Shown: piece after piece, positions 18,851 through 29,279 of the stretch
Position numbering within the stretch: the first letter of the stretch is position 1
Layout: the number at the start of each line of letters is the position of its first letter
From: Lysobacterales bacterium
GTDB taxonomy: Bacteria > Pseudomonadota > Gammaproteobacteria > Xanthomonadales > SZUA-5
Reading direction: 5' to 3'
Assembly: GCA_022844165.1 (NCBI GenBank)
Contig: JALHMH010000005.1
Location: 114,339-178,338 of the forward strand
Length of the DNA stretch: 64,000 nucleotides
Program-made: the position numbers and the translations under genes
The notes under the pieces: generated by a model
Told to the model about the DNA's origin: nothing
Database searches by the model: none
Seen by the model: only the letters and a program-made list of their open reading frames with translations

Positions 18851-19885
18851 TTATTTGCTCCGTTTTGCGGGTTGTGCGGTCTTAACTGCAGCCTTGACGA
18901 CCGGCTTGGGTGGTGTCCTGGTTCTGGCAGGCGTCGTGGGTTTTGCCGAGGCTCTGGACTTTGCTGGAGCAGCGGCTTTTGCCGGCACTGGTGCTTCGGC
19001 GGGCGCTTTCGAATCGACCTGACTGGATGGGTTCCTTACCCCTTCCTCGAGTGCCGCCACGCGCCGCCTTAACTCATGCAATCGCTGATGCACGGTATCC
19101 AATTCACTACGTCCGGGCATGCCGAGTGCTGCCGTTTGCCGCTCCACATCCGCTTGCACTAACTGCCGCACGCGCATTTGCGCGTTGACCATCGCACCGT
19201 AAACTTCCCGGAATTCATCGGAGAGCGCTACGTCTGCGTAGCCTTCTTCGGCCGCGTCGATGTACACATCGTACAAAGCACGAAAATGACTGATTTCGCG
19301 GCCTGGCTCACTGCGCTCAGCCAGTTTACTCTCGAAACGATCGAACCCGATTCGAGTCGCTTTCATCATCAACTCGTTGTAGCGGTTGTTCTGTTCCTGA
19401 TACTCGGCAACCGCGCGCACCAAGGCTTGCGCCCGCTCTTGCGATTCGCGCGCATAACCAAAGGCTGGTAACGAAAGCAACGACTGCAATTCTTGTTTGA
19501 TTGGACCGGCTTGTTTCTGCCACTCGCCAAACAGTGCCTCGAATCCTCGAGCTCCCTCATGGTTGACCGAGCGCAACGCATCGAGCACTGGATTGCCAGG
19601 CGCCATCGAGGAAAATCCTTGCTCCACTGCTTTGCGAATCGCTGCGGGCGAAAAGGCGTCGGCAGCACCCCCGCCCATTTGCGAAAAAACGCCCTGCATG
19701 AAGTCGGTGAACTGCTTGGCACCGCCGACCAGCTTTTCTACCGTATCGTTGGCAGAGCCACCACCCATTGCCTGCTGCCACGCCCTAAGGCCATCGTTCG
19801 CCCCCACGCTACGTGTGGCGTCCATCCAACCCTTCAACAGCTGTTGCTGCATTTCCTGCCAATCCGGCAATGCGTTCTGCGCCAC
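18851..19885 (-). CDS. phaE: Class III PHA synthase subunit PhaE
   Basis: LPAFGYARE, LYDVYIDAAEE and GMPGRSELD motifs; directly upstream of phaC; Ala/Pro/Lys-rich tail. Confidence 0.9.
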   Translation of the reverse strand: MAQNALPDWQEMQQQLLKGWMDATRSVGANDGLRAWQQAMGGGSANDTVEKLVGGAKQFTDFMQGVFSQMGGGAADAFSPAAIRKAVEQGFSSMAPGNPVLDALRSVNHEGARGFEALFGEWQKQAGPIKQELQSLLSLPAFGYARESQERAQALVRAVAEYQEQNNRYNELMMKATRIGFDRFESKLAERSEPGREISHFRALYDVYIDAAEEGYADVALSDEFREVYGAMVNAQMRVRQLVQADVERQTAALGMPGRSELDTVHQRLHELRRRVAALEEGVRNPSSQVDSKAPAEAPVPAKAAAPAKSRASAKPTTPARTRTPPKPVVKAAVKTAQPAKRSK

Positions 19886-19968
19886 GGCAATGACTCCGTT
19901 GGTTGAGTTGGCGCGGATGTTAGTGCAGTACTTTGTCGTTTGCGAGAACGGCGTTGTCGCCGATGTCG

Positions 19969-21501
19969 CTATCCTTGCGCCAGATGCCTGGCCTGGCGCG
20001 GCGGCGTGCTACTTTGGACTTTGCTTCTCGGTGCCGGAAGCGGCGTGTCGCTGCGGTCGAAGGCCAGGCGCGAGCGTCCACCCTGATTTCGATAGTCACA
20101 AATTAGTGCATGCTCCGTTGCCGCCAACATCTCTGGCCACAAAGCAGCGACACCATTGCGTATCAGCACAATAAGCCGCTCATGGGCAATCGAATGCGAT
20201 TGGCCGCTTGCGGCAAAGATGGCATCGCTGATCGCCAGAAAGCGAGCGAACGGCGACGTACCTAACAACAAGGGCAGCGTGCGCGAGAATCGCGCCGAAT
20301 TGGCGATCAGGTCCCAAAAGCGCGCAAAACGATTGAGGCGCTGAAACGTCGGGAAGTCAATCGTATTGGTGCTCAACACGGTGTAAGGCGGATCTGGCGA
20401 AAAGCGCAAATCGAAAGCTTCTGCGTGGCGCGCGATTGGCGCACCCCGAAGACGCTTGAGAATGCCGAACTGAATCTCCTGGGGATTCAATGCGACCAGC
20501 CGATCGAACCCCTGGGCAAACTGTACCAGCGTCTCGCCCGGCAGGCCGGCGATCAAATCGACATGCAAATGGGCATGCGATTGTTCGCGCAACCAGCGCA
20601 GATTCTCCTCGGCGACATCGTTCTTCTGGCGCCTGGAGATGCGCGCCTGTATCTCGGGATCGAAAGTCTGGATGCCAATTTCGAACTGCAATAAGCCAGG
20701 CGGAAACAGCGCAATCCTCGACTTGAGGCGCTCCGGCAAATGATCGGGGATCAGCTCGAAATGTGCAAACGGGGGATCGCTCGGGCAGGCCTCGATTTTC
20801 GCCAGGAAGAACTCGAGGATAGCCAACGAGGTATCCACCTTCAAATTGAAGGTTCGATCGACGAACTTGAAGTGCCGGGCGCCAAGCTCGTAGAGCCGAT
20901 CCAGCTCGCGCAAGAACGGATCGAGTGGGAACGGCCATGCAGTTTTGTCTAGTGCGGAGAGGCAAAACTCGCACTTGAACGGGCAACCGCGCGACGCTTC
21001 GACGTAGATGTGGCGACGCCTTGCATCCTCGGCCGAGTACTCGGCATACGGCATTACCAGCGTCTCCAGCGGCGGCTGTTTGCCGGCAATCAGTTTCGCA
21101 TCGGGCGGATGACCGTTCAGCACATCTGCGGCCAGCTCCGCAAAACTGACATCACCCCAGCCCGTGATCACATAATCCGCCAGCGCGACGATGCGCTGAT
21201 TCTCTACTTCATAGCTGACCTCGGGCCCACCGATCACGATGACCATCTGCGGCGCGAGAACCTTCAGTTGCGCCACCAATCGCGTGGTTTCTTCGACATT
21301 CCAGATATACACACCGAATCCGATCAACTTTGGACCTGAGGCCAGCAGGCGCTCCGCCATTTGTTCGGTGCGCTGGCCGAGGACGAACTCAATGATTTCG
21401 GAGCGCTCGCGAAGCGCGTGCAAGTTGGCTCGCAAGTAACGCAGCCCGAGCGCCGCGTGAACGAAACGAGCATTGATCGTGCAAAGAACGATATCGGTCA
21501 T
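19969..21501 (-). CDS. B12-binding domain radical SAM protein (DUF4080-type)
   Basis: N-terminal B12 domain (GVYIWNV, GGPEVS); CxxxCxxC motif EASRGCPFKCEFC; FKFVDRTFN. Confidence 0.88.
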   Translation of the reverse strand: MTDIVLCTINARFVHAALGLRYLRANLHALRERSEIIEFVLGQRTEQMAERLLASGPKLIGFGVYIWNVEETTRLVAQLKVLAPQMVIVIGGPEVSYEVENQRIVALADYVITGWGDVSFAELAADVLNGHPPDAKLIAGKQPPLETLVMPYAEYSAEDARRRHIYVEASRGCPFKCEFCLSALDKTAWPFPLDPFLRELDRLYELGARHFKFVDRTFNLKVDTSLAILEFFLAKIEACPSDPPFAHFELIPDHLPERLKSRIALFPPGLLQFEIGIQTFDPEIQARISRRQKNDVAEENLRWLREQSHAHLHVDLIAGLPGETLVQFAQGFDRLVALNPQEIQFGILKRLRGAPIARHAEAFDLRFSPDPPYTVLSTNTIDFPTFQRLNRFARFWDLIANSARFSRTLPLLLGTSPFARFLAISDAIFAASGQSHSIAHERLIVLIRNGVAALWPEMLAATEHALICDYRNQGGRSRLAFDRSDTPLPAPRSKVQSSTPPRQARHLAQG

Positions 21502-21563
21502 CGTCCAAGTATGGCGGACATTGTCGACGTGCGACATGCCATTCCAGGCAGTAGACTCTGACG

Positions 21564-23912
21564 ATGAACAGTTATCGGTGGTTTTTCGTCGGAGTCATGC
21601 TCGCTTTGCCGATGCAGGCAATGGGAGAGATCGATGCGCCTGTTGAACGTCACCCATTAGAGTTGAAGGCCCTCACTGAACCCGATACCGTGCTCGCCCA
21701 GCTGCCAGGGGCCATCGTCGAATCCCAAGCCGCCGGACAAACCCGCCAGGTGTTACTGCTGAACCTCGCAAAAGCGAATGCCTGCCGCGTTGTCGCCGAC
21801 TGGCACTGCCAGCGTGACGCTGGCGCCGAAGCGGCACTTGTCGCAGAGAAGATTGGCGAACCGCTGCTGCAAGTTCGAGGGCTGATCGCTGAAAGCCGAG
21901 GCCGCGCCTCGATGCAGGACTATTCGCGCGCCGAACAGCTGTTGGCCAAGGCCGAATCGATACTCAGGGCGACGCCATCATCGGAATTGTCGGCCGATGT
22001 GATGCTTGCTTATTCGTCCATCAGCTCCGTGATTGGCAAACACGAAATCGCCATTTCGTACGCCGAACGTGGTCTGGCGCTCCTGAAAGGCGATCACGCC
22101 ATGCCGATGCAGGCACGTCTTCTGCGCAATCTGGCGTTTTCCAACGGACTGCTGCAGCGCGTGGGGCTGGCCCGCGACGCAGTGGAGCGCGGGCTGAGGC
22201 TGGCCGATCGTATCGGCGACCCAAAGCTGAGCGCCGAACTGCATATCGAGTCGGCACGACTGGCTCGAATCTCGGGCGACCTCGCAACCGCCGATCGGGA
22301 TGCGCGCGCGGTTCTTGCACTATCGGAACAGTTGCGGAACACACAGTTGGCCGGTCTGGCCTTTGAGCTGCTGGGGCTCAACGCAATGGATGCCCGCGAC
22401 TGGGCCGGCGCACTTGAACAACTCGCGCTTGCGCTGAAGTCGTTTCAACAACTTGGTTTGCAGCGCGACGAGCTACGCGTCTCACGCGCGATCCTCACGG
22501 CCAGTCTCGACTCAGGCGTCCGCATCGAAGAACTGGAGGAGGTGCTTCGACGCTTCCTGGTATTGCTCAATCGCATCAACGATCGAGATCGTGCGCAAGC
22601 TGCTGACGATTTCGAGGCGCGGGTTCGTTATGCAGAACAACGTTTGGAAATGGTCCGCCTGGAGAGCGAGGCCGAAGTCGCAAGGGCCGGCACGGAACAA
22701 CTCAGAGCCGAAGCCAAGGTCAATCGCACCCTGATCGCCCTCTCTTTGATGATTGTCGCTGCACTGGCGATGTTCTTCTTGCTGCAACGAAGAGCCAACC
22801 GGCGCCTGCGCGCTTCCATCGAGTTGCGTTCGCGAGCGCTCACGCAAACCAGTCATGAGCTGCGCAACCCCATCGCCGGCATTATCGGGCTGACCGAGTT
22901 GCTCGCAAACACGCACTTGTCGCCGCAACAATCGCAAATGATCAAGGCCATTCGCGGCGCTGGCGGCACCTTGGGAAACCTGGCGCAGGATCTTCTGGAT
23001 CGCGGGCGTATCGAAGCCGGTCGGCTATCGTTGGCGTTTGAGCCCAGTTCGGTCATATCGATCGCACAATCGCTCCATGAGCTGCACCTGCCCATCGCTC
23101 GCGGCAAAGGACTAGAGCTGAAGTTATTTTTGTCCGATGACTTGCCGCCGCAAATATCGATCGATCCGCACCGCCTGCAACAAGTCCTCGCGAACTTGAT
23201 CGGCAACAGTCTGAAATTCACTTCAAGCGGTGTGGTGACGCTTGCGGTGAGACGGCTCAATCCGGCACCAGATGGGCGCGTCCGAATCATCTTCTCGGTT
23301 TCCGATACCGGTCCTGGGATGGCGGCCGATGAACTACAGACCTTGTTCGAACCGTTCGCTAAAGGGGCAGCCGGCCACCGACACCGCTCGGGAGCGGGAT
23401 TGGGCCTGGCCATATCAAATGACCTGGTGACCTTGATGGGCGGAAAACTGACCGTCACCAGCGAACCGGGCCGCGGCACTGAGTTCAGTTTCCGATTGGA
23501 CGCGGCAATCGTCGAATCTCCGCCTGGCCCAGTGTCAGCACCGTCCGCCGTGGGCTTGGGCGTATCTGCCCTGGTTGTCGACGATGACGATGACTGCGCT
23601 CTGGTCGTGAGCAGTCATTTGTCGATGCTGGGCTGCAAAGTCGATGTCGCTGGGTCGTCCGAAGGTGCGATGCAGCGCGTCAACGACGCCAATTACGACC
23701 TGATCATGATCGATGTTGAACTGCCCGACGGCCATGGGCCGGATCTGGTTGCGCTGCTTCGGGCTTTAGGCGAGCGTACTTTGAATGCGCGAATCGCGAT
23801 TCTATCGGCGCATCAGCCCCCAACCAGACTCCCGGCCGGCGTTGATTTATGGCTGACCAAACCAGCACAAATTGAACGGCTTGCCGCGCTGGTTGCCGAT
23901 GTGAAGCGCTAA
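21564..23912 (+). CDS. Hybrid sensor histidine kinase / response regulator with TPR-like periplasmic domain
   Basis: Signal peptide, helical repeats and one TM; H-box SHELRNP, N-box [11 protein letters not shown]-boxes DTGPG and GAGLGL; C-terminal REC domain. Confidence 0.9.
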   Translation: MNSYRWFFVGVMLALPMQAMGEIDAPVERHPLELKALTEPDTVLAQLPGAIVESQAAGQTRQVLLLNLAKANACRVVADWHCQRDAGAEAALVAEKIGEPLLQVRGLIAESRGRASMQDYSRAEQLLAKAESILRATPSSELSADVMLAYSSISSVIGKHEIAISYAERGLALLKGDHAMPMQARLLRNLAFSNGLLQRVGLARDAVERGLRLADRIGDPKLSAELHIESARLARISGDLATADRDARAVLALSEQLRNTQLAGLAFELLGLNAMDARDWAGALEQLALALKSFQQLGLQRDELRVSRAILTASLDSGVRIEELEEVLRRFLVLLNRINDRDRAQAADDFEARVRYAEQRLEMVRLESEAEVARAGTEQLRAEAKVNRTLIALSLMIVAALAMFFLLQRRANRRLRASIELRSRALTQTSHELRNPIAGIIGLTELLANTHLSPQQSQMIKAIRGAGGTLGNLAQDLLDRGRIEAGRLSLAFEPSSVISIAQSLHELHLPIARGKGLELKLFLSDDLPPQISIDPHRLQQVLANLIGNSLKFTSSGVVTLAVRRLNPAPDGRVRIIFSVSDTGPGMAADELQTLFEPFAKGAAGHRHRSGAGLGLAISNDLVTLMGGKLTVTSEPGRGTEFSFRLDAAIVESPPGPVSAPSAVGLGVSALVVDDDDDCALVVSSHLSMLGCKVDVAGSSEGAMQRVNDANYDLIMIDVELPDGHGPDLVALLRALGERTLNARIAILSAHQPPTRLPAGVDLWLTKPAQIERLAALVADVKR

Positions 23913-23950
23913 TCGCCTATGCTCCGCGCGTTTTCCGCCGGAAGCCGACC

Positions 23951-24982
23951 ATGACCCAATCCGCTCCGATGACCTATCGCGATGCTGGCGTTGATATCGA
24001 TGCTGGAAATTCGCTGGTTGAGCGCATCAAACCGCTCGTCAAGCGCACGATGAGACCAGAGGTGCTGGCCGGCGTCGGCGGTTTTGGCGCATCGGTGCGC
24101 GTCCCGCTCGAGAAGTACCGAGAGCCCGTGATGGTTTCCGGAACCGATGGCGTCGGGACCAAACTGAAGCTGGCGCAGCAACTCGGCCGGCACGACACGA
24201 TTGGCATCGACCTCGTCGCGATGTGCGTGAACGATGTACTTGTGCAGGGCGCTGAGCCCATTTTCTTCCTCGATTACTTTGCCACGGGCAAGCTGGATGT
24301 AGACGTGGCTGCCAGCGTCGTTGGCGGCATCGCCGCCGGTTGCGCCGAATCTGGTTGTGCACTCGTGGGTGGAGAGACGGCAGAGATGCCGGATATGTAT
24401 CCGCCGGGCGAGTACGATCTGGCGGGGTTCTGTGTCGGTCTGGTCGAGCGCAGCAAGATGCTCGATGGCTCCAGAGTCCGAGCCGGGCAGGCTCTCGTGG
24501 GCATCGAAAGCAGCGGTCCGCACTCAAACGGCTACTCTCTAATTCGCAAGATCCTGGCGCACTCGGGCAGTGATCTTTGTACAGATCTTGACGGGCGCAC
24601 GCTCGCCGATGCGCTGATGGCTCCGACCCGGCTTTACGTGCGGCCCGTTTTGAAATTGTTGGAGGTCTTACCGGTCGCGGCCATGGCGCACATCACCGGT
24701 GGTGGTCTGAGCGAGAACATCGTGCGCGTGATTCCCAACGGCCTTTGTATCGAGGTGGACGCCTCAGCGTGGCACATGCCGCCCGTATTCGCCTGGCTCC
24801 AGGCGCAGGGAAACGTTGAACGCAGCGAAATGTGGCGCACGTTCAACTGTGGAATCGGCTTTGTCCTGGTGCTTGACGAAACGTCTGTTGCGACGGCAAT
24901 CGAGATGTTGGCTACCGATGGCCTTGCCGCGTGGCGAATCGGCAGCGTCACCACTGGCGCCGAACGGATCATGATTCGCTGA
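23951..24982 (+). CDS. purM: Phosphoribosylformylglycinamidine cyclo-ligase
   Basis: [32 protein letters not shown] and HITGGG motifs. Confidence 0.97.
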   Translation: MTQSAPMTYRDAGVDIDAGNSLVERIKPLVKRTMRPEVLAGVGGFGASVRVPLEKYREPVMVSGTDGVGTKLKLAQQLGRHDTIGIDLVAMCVNDVLVQGAEPIFFLDYFATGKLDVDVAASVVGGIAAGCAESGCALVGGETAEMPDMYPPGEYDLAGFCVGLVERSKMLDGSRVRAGQALVGIESSGPHSNGYSLIRKILAHSGSDLCTDLDGRTLADALMAPTRLYVRPVLKLLEVLPVAAMAHITGGGLSENIVRVIPNGLCIEVDASAWHMPPVFAWLQAQGNVERSEMWRTFNCGIGFVLVLDETSVATAIEMLATDGLAAWRIGSVTTGAERIMIR

Positions 24983-25545
24983 TGCGCCTGGCTGTTCTGC
25001 TGTCCGGTCGCGGCAGCAATTTACAGGCATTGATCGATGCCGCCCGTGTCGATTTGCCCGTTGAAATCGTGCTGGCGATGAGCGACCGCCCGTGTGCCGG
25101 AATCGATCTTGCACGCACGGCTGGATTGAAGGCCGTGATCGTCGATCGAAGTGCCTGTTCGTCGAAAGACCAGTTCGAATCCGCCCTGAATTCGCACCTA
25201 GCTGCGATCGAGCCGGATCTGATTGTCCTGGCTGGGTTCATGCGAGTGCTGAGCGCCAAGTTTGTGGCGCCATGGGCGAACCGGATCATCAACATTCACC
25301 CATCGTTGTTGCCCAAGTACCCGGGCTTAGATACCCACGTACGCGTTCTGGCCAACCAGGATGCCGAACATGGCGCCACTGTGCACTATGTGACTGCCGA
25401 ACTCGATGCCGGCCCACCGCTTGCGCAGGTTCGGATGCCGGTGCTGCCCGGCGACACACCACAATCCCTCGCCGCACGGCTGTTGCCGTTGGAACATCGA
25501 CTGCTTGTCGATGTTGTTGGGCAACTGGCGGCCAATCGTCGCTGA
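24982..25545 (+). CDS. purN: Phosphoribosylglycinamide formyltransferase
   Basis: SGRGSNLQA, LAGFMRVL, NIHPSLLP and ELDAGP motifs; TGATG coupling to purM. Confidence 0.95.
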   Translation: MRLAVLLSGRGSNLQALIDAARVDLPVEIVLAMSDRPCAGIDLARTAGLKAVIVDRSACSSKDQFESALNSHLAAIEPDLIVLAGFMRVLSAKFVAPWANRIINIHPSLLPKYPGLDTHVRVLANQDAEHGATVHYVTAELDAGPPLAQVRMPVLPGDTPQSLAARLLPLEHRLLVDVVGQLAANRR

Positions 25546-25651
25546 CAATTCTGTACCAGCGTTCATTGAGTCGGTCCAAATAAACGTACTTCAACGCAAG
25601 TTCATGCCCTCATTGGTGAAATCAACGCATCGTCACTGCCGGGCCAAGATC

Positions 25652-26356
25652 ATGCAGGCCGCCATGTTGTTTCTAGGTCTCGTTACAACCGCCTCCTTCG
25701 CGTCGGAGCCTTTTTCAGCCGGCTTTGATGTTTCGCGAAACGGCAAGGCCCTCGGCACGATGGAAATGTCCTTGACCGAGACCACGCCCGGCAACCTTGA
25801 GTTTGTGAGCCGTTCCGAAGGAACTGAGGGCATGGCTGGCCTGCTCGCCGCAACAATCGAAGAACGCTCTTGGCTGCGCCGCAGCGAATTTGGTTTTGCG
25901 ACGATTCGCTATCGGTACGTTCAGAAAATGGTCGGACGCAAGCGCGAACGCGCGTTGGACATCACCGACGATGGCAAGATTGTTGAGAGCGAACGCGATG
26001 ATCAATGGAACTACCGAGCATCTGGGGATGTGCTGGACCGTCATGCAGCGGTTCTAGGCGTCGCCAAAAAGCTGGCGGCGGGCGCCAGCAAGGGCTCAGT
26101 CTTGTCGATCGATGTGGCTATGCGCGGTGAGGTAGAGGCATGGCGGTTCCTTGTCGTGGGTCATGAAACAGTGCAAACCAGCTATGGCGAGGTCGATGCC
26201 GTACGAGTGGAACGCATTCGCGCCAACGCCAATCGCCACACCGTCAGCTGGCATTCGCCGCGGCACAGCTTTATGCCCGTCAAAGTCGAACAGACGGAAC
26301 CGGATGGGGAGCTTTTGACCACGGTTCTAAAACGCTTTGCGTCAGTGTCGCAGTAA
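25652..26356 (+). CDS. DUF3108-like exported protein; start uncertain
   Basis: Signal peptide and beta-rich sequence (ETVQTSYGEVDAVRVER); position after purN is common in this group. Confidence 0.75.
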   Translation: MQAAMLFLGLVTTASFASEPFSAGFDVSRNGKALGTMEMSLTETTPGNLEFVSRSEGTEGMAGLLAATIEERSWLRRSEFGFATIRYRYVQKMVGRKRERALDITDDGKIVESERDDQWNYRASGDVLDRHAAVLGVAKKLAAGASKGSVLSIDVAMRGEVEAWRFLVVGHETVQTSYGEVDAVRVERIRANANRHTVSWHSPRHSFMPVKVEQTEPDGELLTTVLKRFASVSQ

Positions 26357-26373
26357 GCGGGCACGCGCTGCGT

Positions 26374-26919
26374 TCACTCGACGATAACGCTCCTGGCAGC
26401 TATATCGCTGCCCTGCCCTTTCACCAGCCCCTTAACGACCTGAAACAGGCTCCGCTGTGCGCTTGGCGCGCGGCTTGTCTTGATCTCCAGGTGGGCCTGG
26501 CGGACCAACTGCCGGAGATGATGGCGATCAGCAGCGGGGAACTGAGCGACAAGCTGGTTCAATGCATCGTCCCCCTCTTCGATCAGGCGTTTGCGCCAAT
26601 CTTCGATCAGGTGCAGCTCTGCCGTTTCTTTGCGACGTTCCTCAATGGGCTGATCGACAACGGCACGAATCGGATCCAGATCTTCGATTTTTCGCAACTT
26701 TTTCGCCAGGAAATGCACCTGACGTTTATGCGCAATGTGCGATGTGATGCGCTGAGCATCCTTCACTGCGTCCAGGATCGACTCCTCCAGAGGTACGCGT
26801 TTTAGTTGCGATGCCGTCATTGCAACCAACTTTTCCGCCAACTCCAATACGCCCAGAGCGTCTCGACGACGCTGACTGCGCGAGGGTTCATCGAATTGCT
26901 CGTTCTCATCGTCTCGCAT
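26374..26919 (-). CDS. yjgA: Ribosome biogenesis factor YjgA (DarP)
   Basis: PSRSQRRRD, AHKRQVHFLAK and LHLIEDWRKRLI motifs; divergent from pmbA. Confidence 0.92.
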   Translation of the reverse strand: MRDDENEQFDEPSRSQRRRDALGVLELAEKLVAMTASQLKRVPLEESILDAVKDAQRITSHIAHKRQVHFLAKKLRKIEDLDPIRAVVDQPIEERRKETAELHLIEDWRKRLIEEGDDALNQLVAQFPAADRHHLRQLVRQAHLEIKTSRAPSAQRSLFQVVKGLVKGQGSDIAARSVIVE

Positions 26920-26959
26920 CGCGTAGCCTTGCGTTCTTCCCGGATGCCGAACAATAGCG

Positions 26960-28342
26960 ATGAATGCGATGCTTGCCGAACCTTCTTTGGCGCCACCGAC
27001 CCAAGCCCTCGACGATTTGTCTACCGTTGCCGCGGACGCCGTTCGTCAGTGCCAATCCCGCGGCGCCGACCAGGTCGAGGTCAGTGTTTCGGTCGAGCAG
27101 GGCCTGAGCGTCAACGTGCGCCTCGGCGACGTCGAGACCTTGGAACACACCAAAGACCGGGGCCTGTCGTTGACGGTGTACATTGGCGGACGCAAAGGGT
27201 CCGCCAGCACAGCGGATCTGAAACCGGCGTCGCTGCGCATGACCATCGAACAAGCGCTGGCGATCGCCCGGCACACCGAAATCGACGCCGCTGCCGGTTT
27301 GGCCGATGCCGCAGAGATGGCTCAGACCTTCCCCGATCTCGATTTGTGGCACCCATCCAGAATAAGTGCAGACCAGGCGATCGAGCTTGCGCTTCGCTGC
27401 GAAGCGGCGGCGCTGAGCGACCCGCGGATCCGCAATAGCGAAGGCGCCGGCGTCTCCGTGTCGCGCGCTTACGGGATTTACGCCAACAGTCACGGATTCG
27501 TTGGCCGTGAGATGGGTACGCGGCACTCGTTGCAATGCTCCGTGTTGGCCGGGCCGGACGAAGCGATGCAGCGCGACTACCACTATAGCCTCGGACGTGG
27601 TTTCGATGAGTTGATGGACGCCGAAGCGCTCGGCCGGGAAACCGCACGGCGCACGATCGCGCGAATCGGGGCTCGCTCTCTTGCGCCGCAAAAAACACCG
27701 GCAATCCTCGATGCGGAAGTTGCGCGCGGCTTCTTTGGACACTTGGTCAGCGCGGTCAGCGGCGGCTCACTGTACCGTAAGGCGAGTTTCTTACTGGATG
27801 CGGTTGGGCAGTCGATTTTCCCGTCATGGATGCAAATAACCGAGGCGCCGCGCCTGCGTCGCGCCCTGGGTTCTGCCGTATTCGACGACGATGGTCTGGC
27901 CACTCGCGAACAAGCGCTGGTTGAGCATGGCGTGTTGACACGCTACGTGTTGTCGACTTACTCGGCGCGGAAGCTTGGACTCCGCTCGACTGCCAACGCG
28001 GGCGGCATCCACAACCTGATCGTGACTCCGAATGCAGGTTCGTTGGACGAGTTGTTTCGCGCCATGGGCCGCGGCCTTTACGTCACCGAACTGCTTGGAC
28101 AAGGTGTCAGCCTCATCACGGGCGACTACTCGCGGGGCGCTGCTGGCTATTGGATCGAGAACGGCGAGATCGCCTATCCAGTGCATGAGATCACCATCGC
28201 CGGCAATTTGCGCCAGATGTTCTCCGATCTGATTGCCGTCGGCTCCGATGTCGACCTGCGCGGCAACATCCGTACCGGACCGGTTTGGCTCGCACAATTG
28301 AGCATTGCCGGACAAAGCGCAGAGGACCTGAGCGATGACTGA
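26960..28342 (+). CDS. pmbA: Metalloprotease PmbA (TldE)
   Basis: VRLGDVETLE, GGSLYRKASFL, FDDDG, TGDYSRGA and EITIAGNL motifs. Confidence 0.95.
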   Translation: MNAMLAEPSLAPPTQALDDLSTVAADAVRQCQSRGADQVEVSVSVEQGLSVNVRLGDVETLEHTKDRGLSLTVYIGGRKGSASTADLKPASLRMTIEQALAIARHTEIDAAAGLADAAEMAQTFPDLDLWHPSRISADQAIELALRCEAAALSDPRIRNSEGAGVSVSRAYGIYANSHGFVGREMGTRHSLQCSVLAGPDEAMQRDYHYSLGRGFDELMDAEALGRETARRTIARIGARSLAPQKTPAILDAEVARGFFGHLVSAVSGGSLYRKASFLLDAVGQSIFPSWMQITEAPRLRRALGSAVFDDDGLATREQALVEHGVLTRYVLSTYSARKLGLRSTANAGGIHNLIVTPNAGSLDELFRAMGRGLYVTELLGQGVSLITGDYSRGAAGYWIENGEIAYPVHEITIAGNLRQMFSDLIAVGSDVDLRGNIRTGPVWLAQLSIAGQSAEDLSDD

Positions 28343-29279
28343 TTGCCGACTTGTCATTCACGGCGGTGCCGGTGTCATCGATCGAGCTTCGCTGAGCGCG
28401 AACCGTGAGGCGCAATTCCGACAGGCGCTGCAGGACATCGCCGCTGCTGCGTTCGAGCGACTGACATCGGGCGCCAGCGCGCTGGAGGTGGTCGAGTCCG
28501 CAGTGATGGCGCTGGAGGACTTTCCGCTGTTCAATGCGGGCCATGGCGCGGTACTGAATGCCGACGGCATCGCCGAACTCGACGCTTCGATCATGGACGG
28601 CGCAACACGCAGCGCCGGTGCGGTCGCCGCCGTTCGTACATCGCGCAATCCAGTCCAGCTGGCGCGCGCGGTGATGGCCCAAACCGAACATGTGTTGTTG
28701 GCAGGCGAAGGCGGCGACCGGCTCGCCGCCGAGCTTGGTTTGCCGCAAGTGGAGGGCGCCTACTTCGTCACCAAGGAACGCGCGCATCAGCAAGCGCTTG
28801 CCGCACGCCTTGGCAAAGTGACGCTCGACCATGACTCGGCTTACAACGGTCCGGCGCCCAACGACAAGAGTGGCACCGTCGGCGCCGTTGCTCGTGATAT
28901 GTGTGGCCATCTGGCCGCTGCCACTTCCACGGGCGGCATGACCAACAAACGCGCTGGTCGCTGTGGCGACACGCCGATCATCGGCGCTGGCACCTGGGCC
29001 GATGATGACAGCTGCGCAGTCTCGGCGACCGGCCACGGCGAGTATTTTATGCGCACGGTTCTCGCTTACGATGTGCACGCTCGCTTGCGCTACGGCGGTC
29101 AGTCTCTGATCGATGCGGGCAACGCCGCGCTGGCCAGCGTCGCGGCTCTGGGCGGTACGGGCGGCCTGATCGCAGTGGATCGATATGGCGAAATCGCAAT
29201 GCCATTCAATAGCGAAGGCATGTATCGCGCCTGGGTCGGCGCCGACGGTTTGGTGAACGTTGCGATCTACACAAATTGA
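28335..29279 (+). CDS. iaaA: Isoaspartyl peptidase / L-asparaginase (Ntn hydrolase)
   Basis: IHGGAG, FNAGHG, G-TVGAVA nucleophile, TSTGG and GDTPIIGAG motifs. Confidence 0.93.
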   Translation: MTDCRLVIHGGAGVIDRASLSANREAQFRQALQDIAAAAFERLTSGASALEVVESAVMALEDFPLFNAGHGAVLNADGIAELDASIMDGATRSAGAVAAVRTSRNPVQLARAVMAQTEHVLLAGEGGDRLAAELGLPQVEGAYFVTKERAHQQALAARLGKVTLDHDSAYNGPAPNDKSGTVGAVARDMCGHLAAATSTGGMTNKRAGRCGDTPIIGAGTWADDDSCAVSATGHGEYFMRTVLAYDVHARLRYGGQSLIDAGNAALASVAALGGTGGLIAVDRYGEIAMPFNSEGMYRAWVGADGLVNVAIYTN

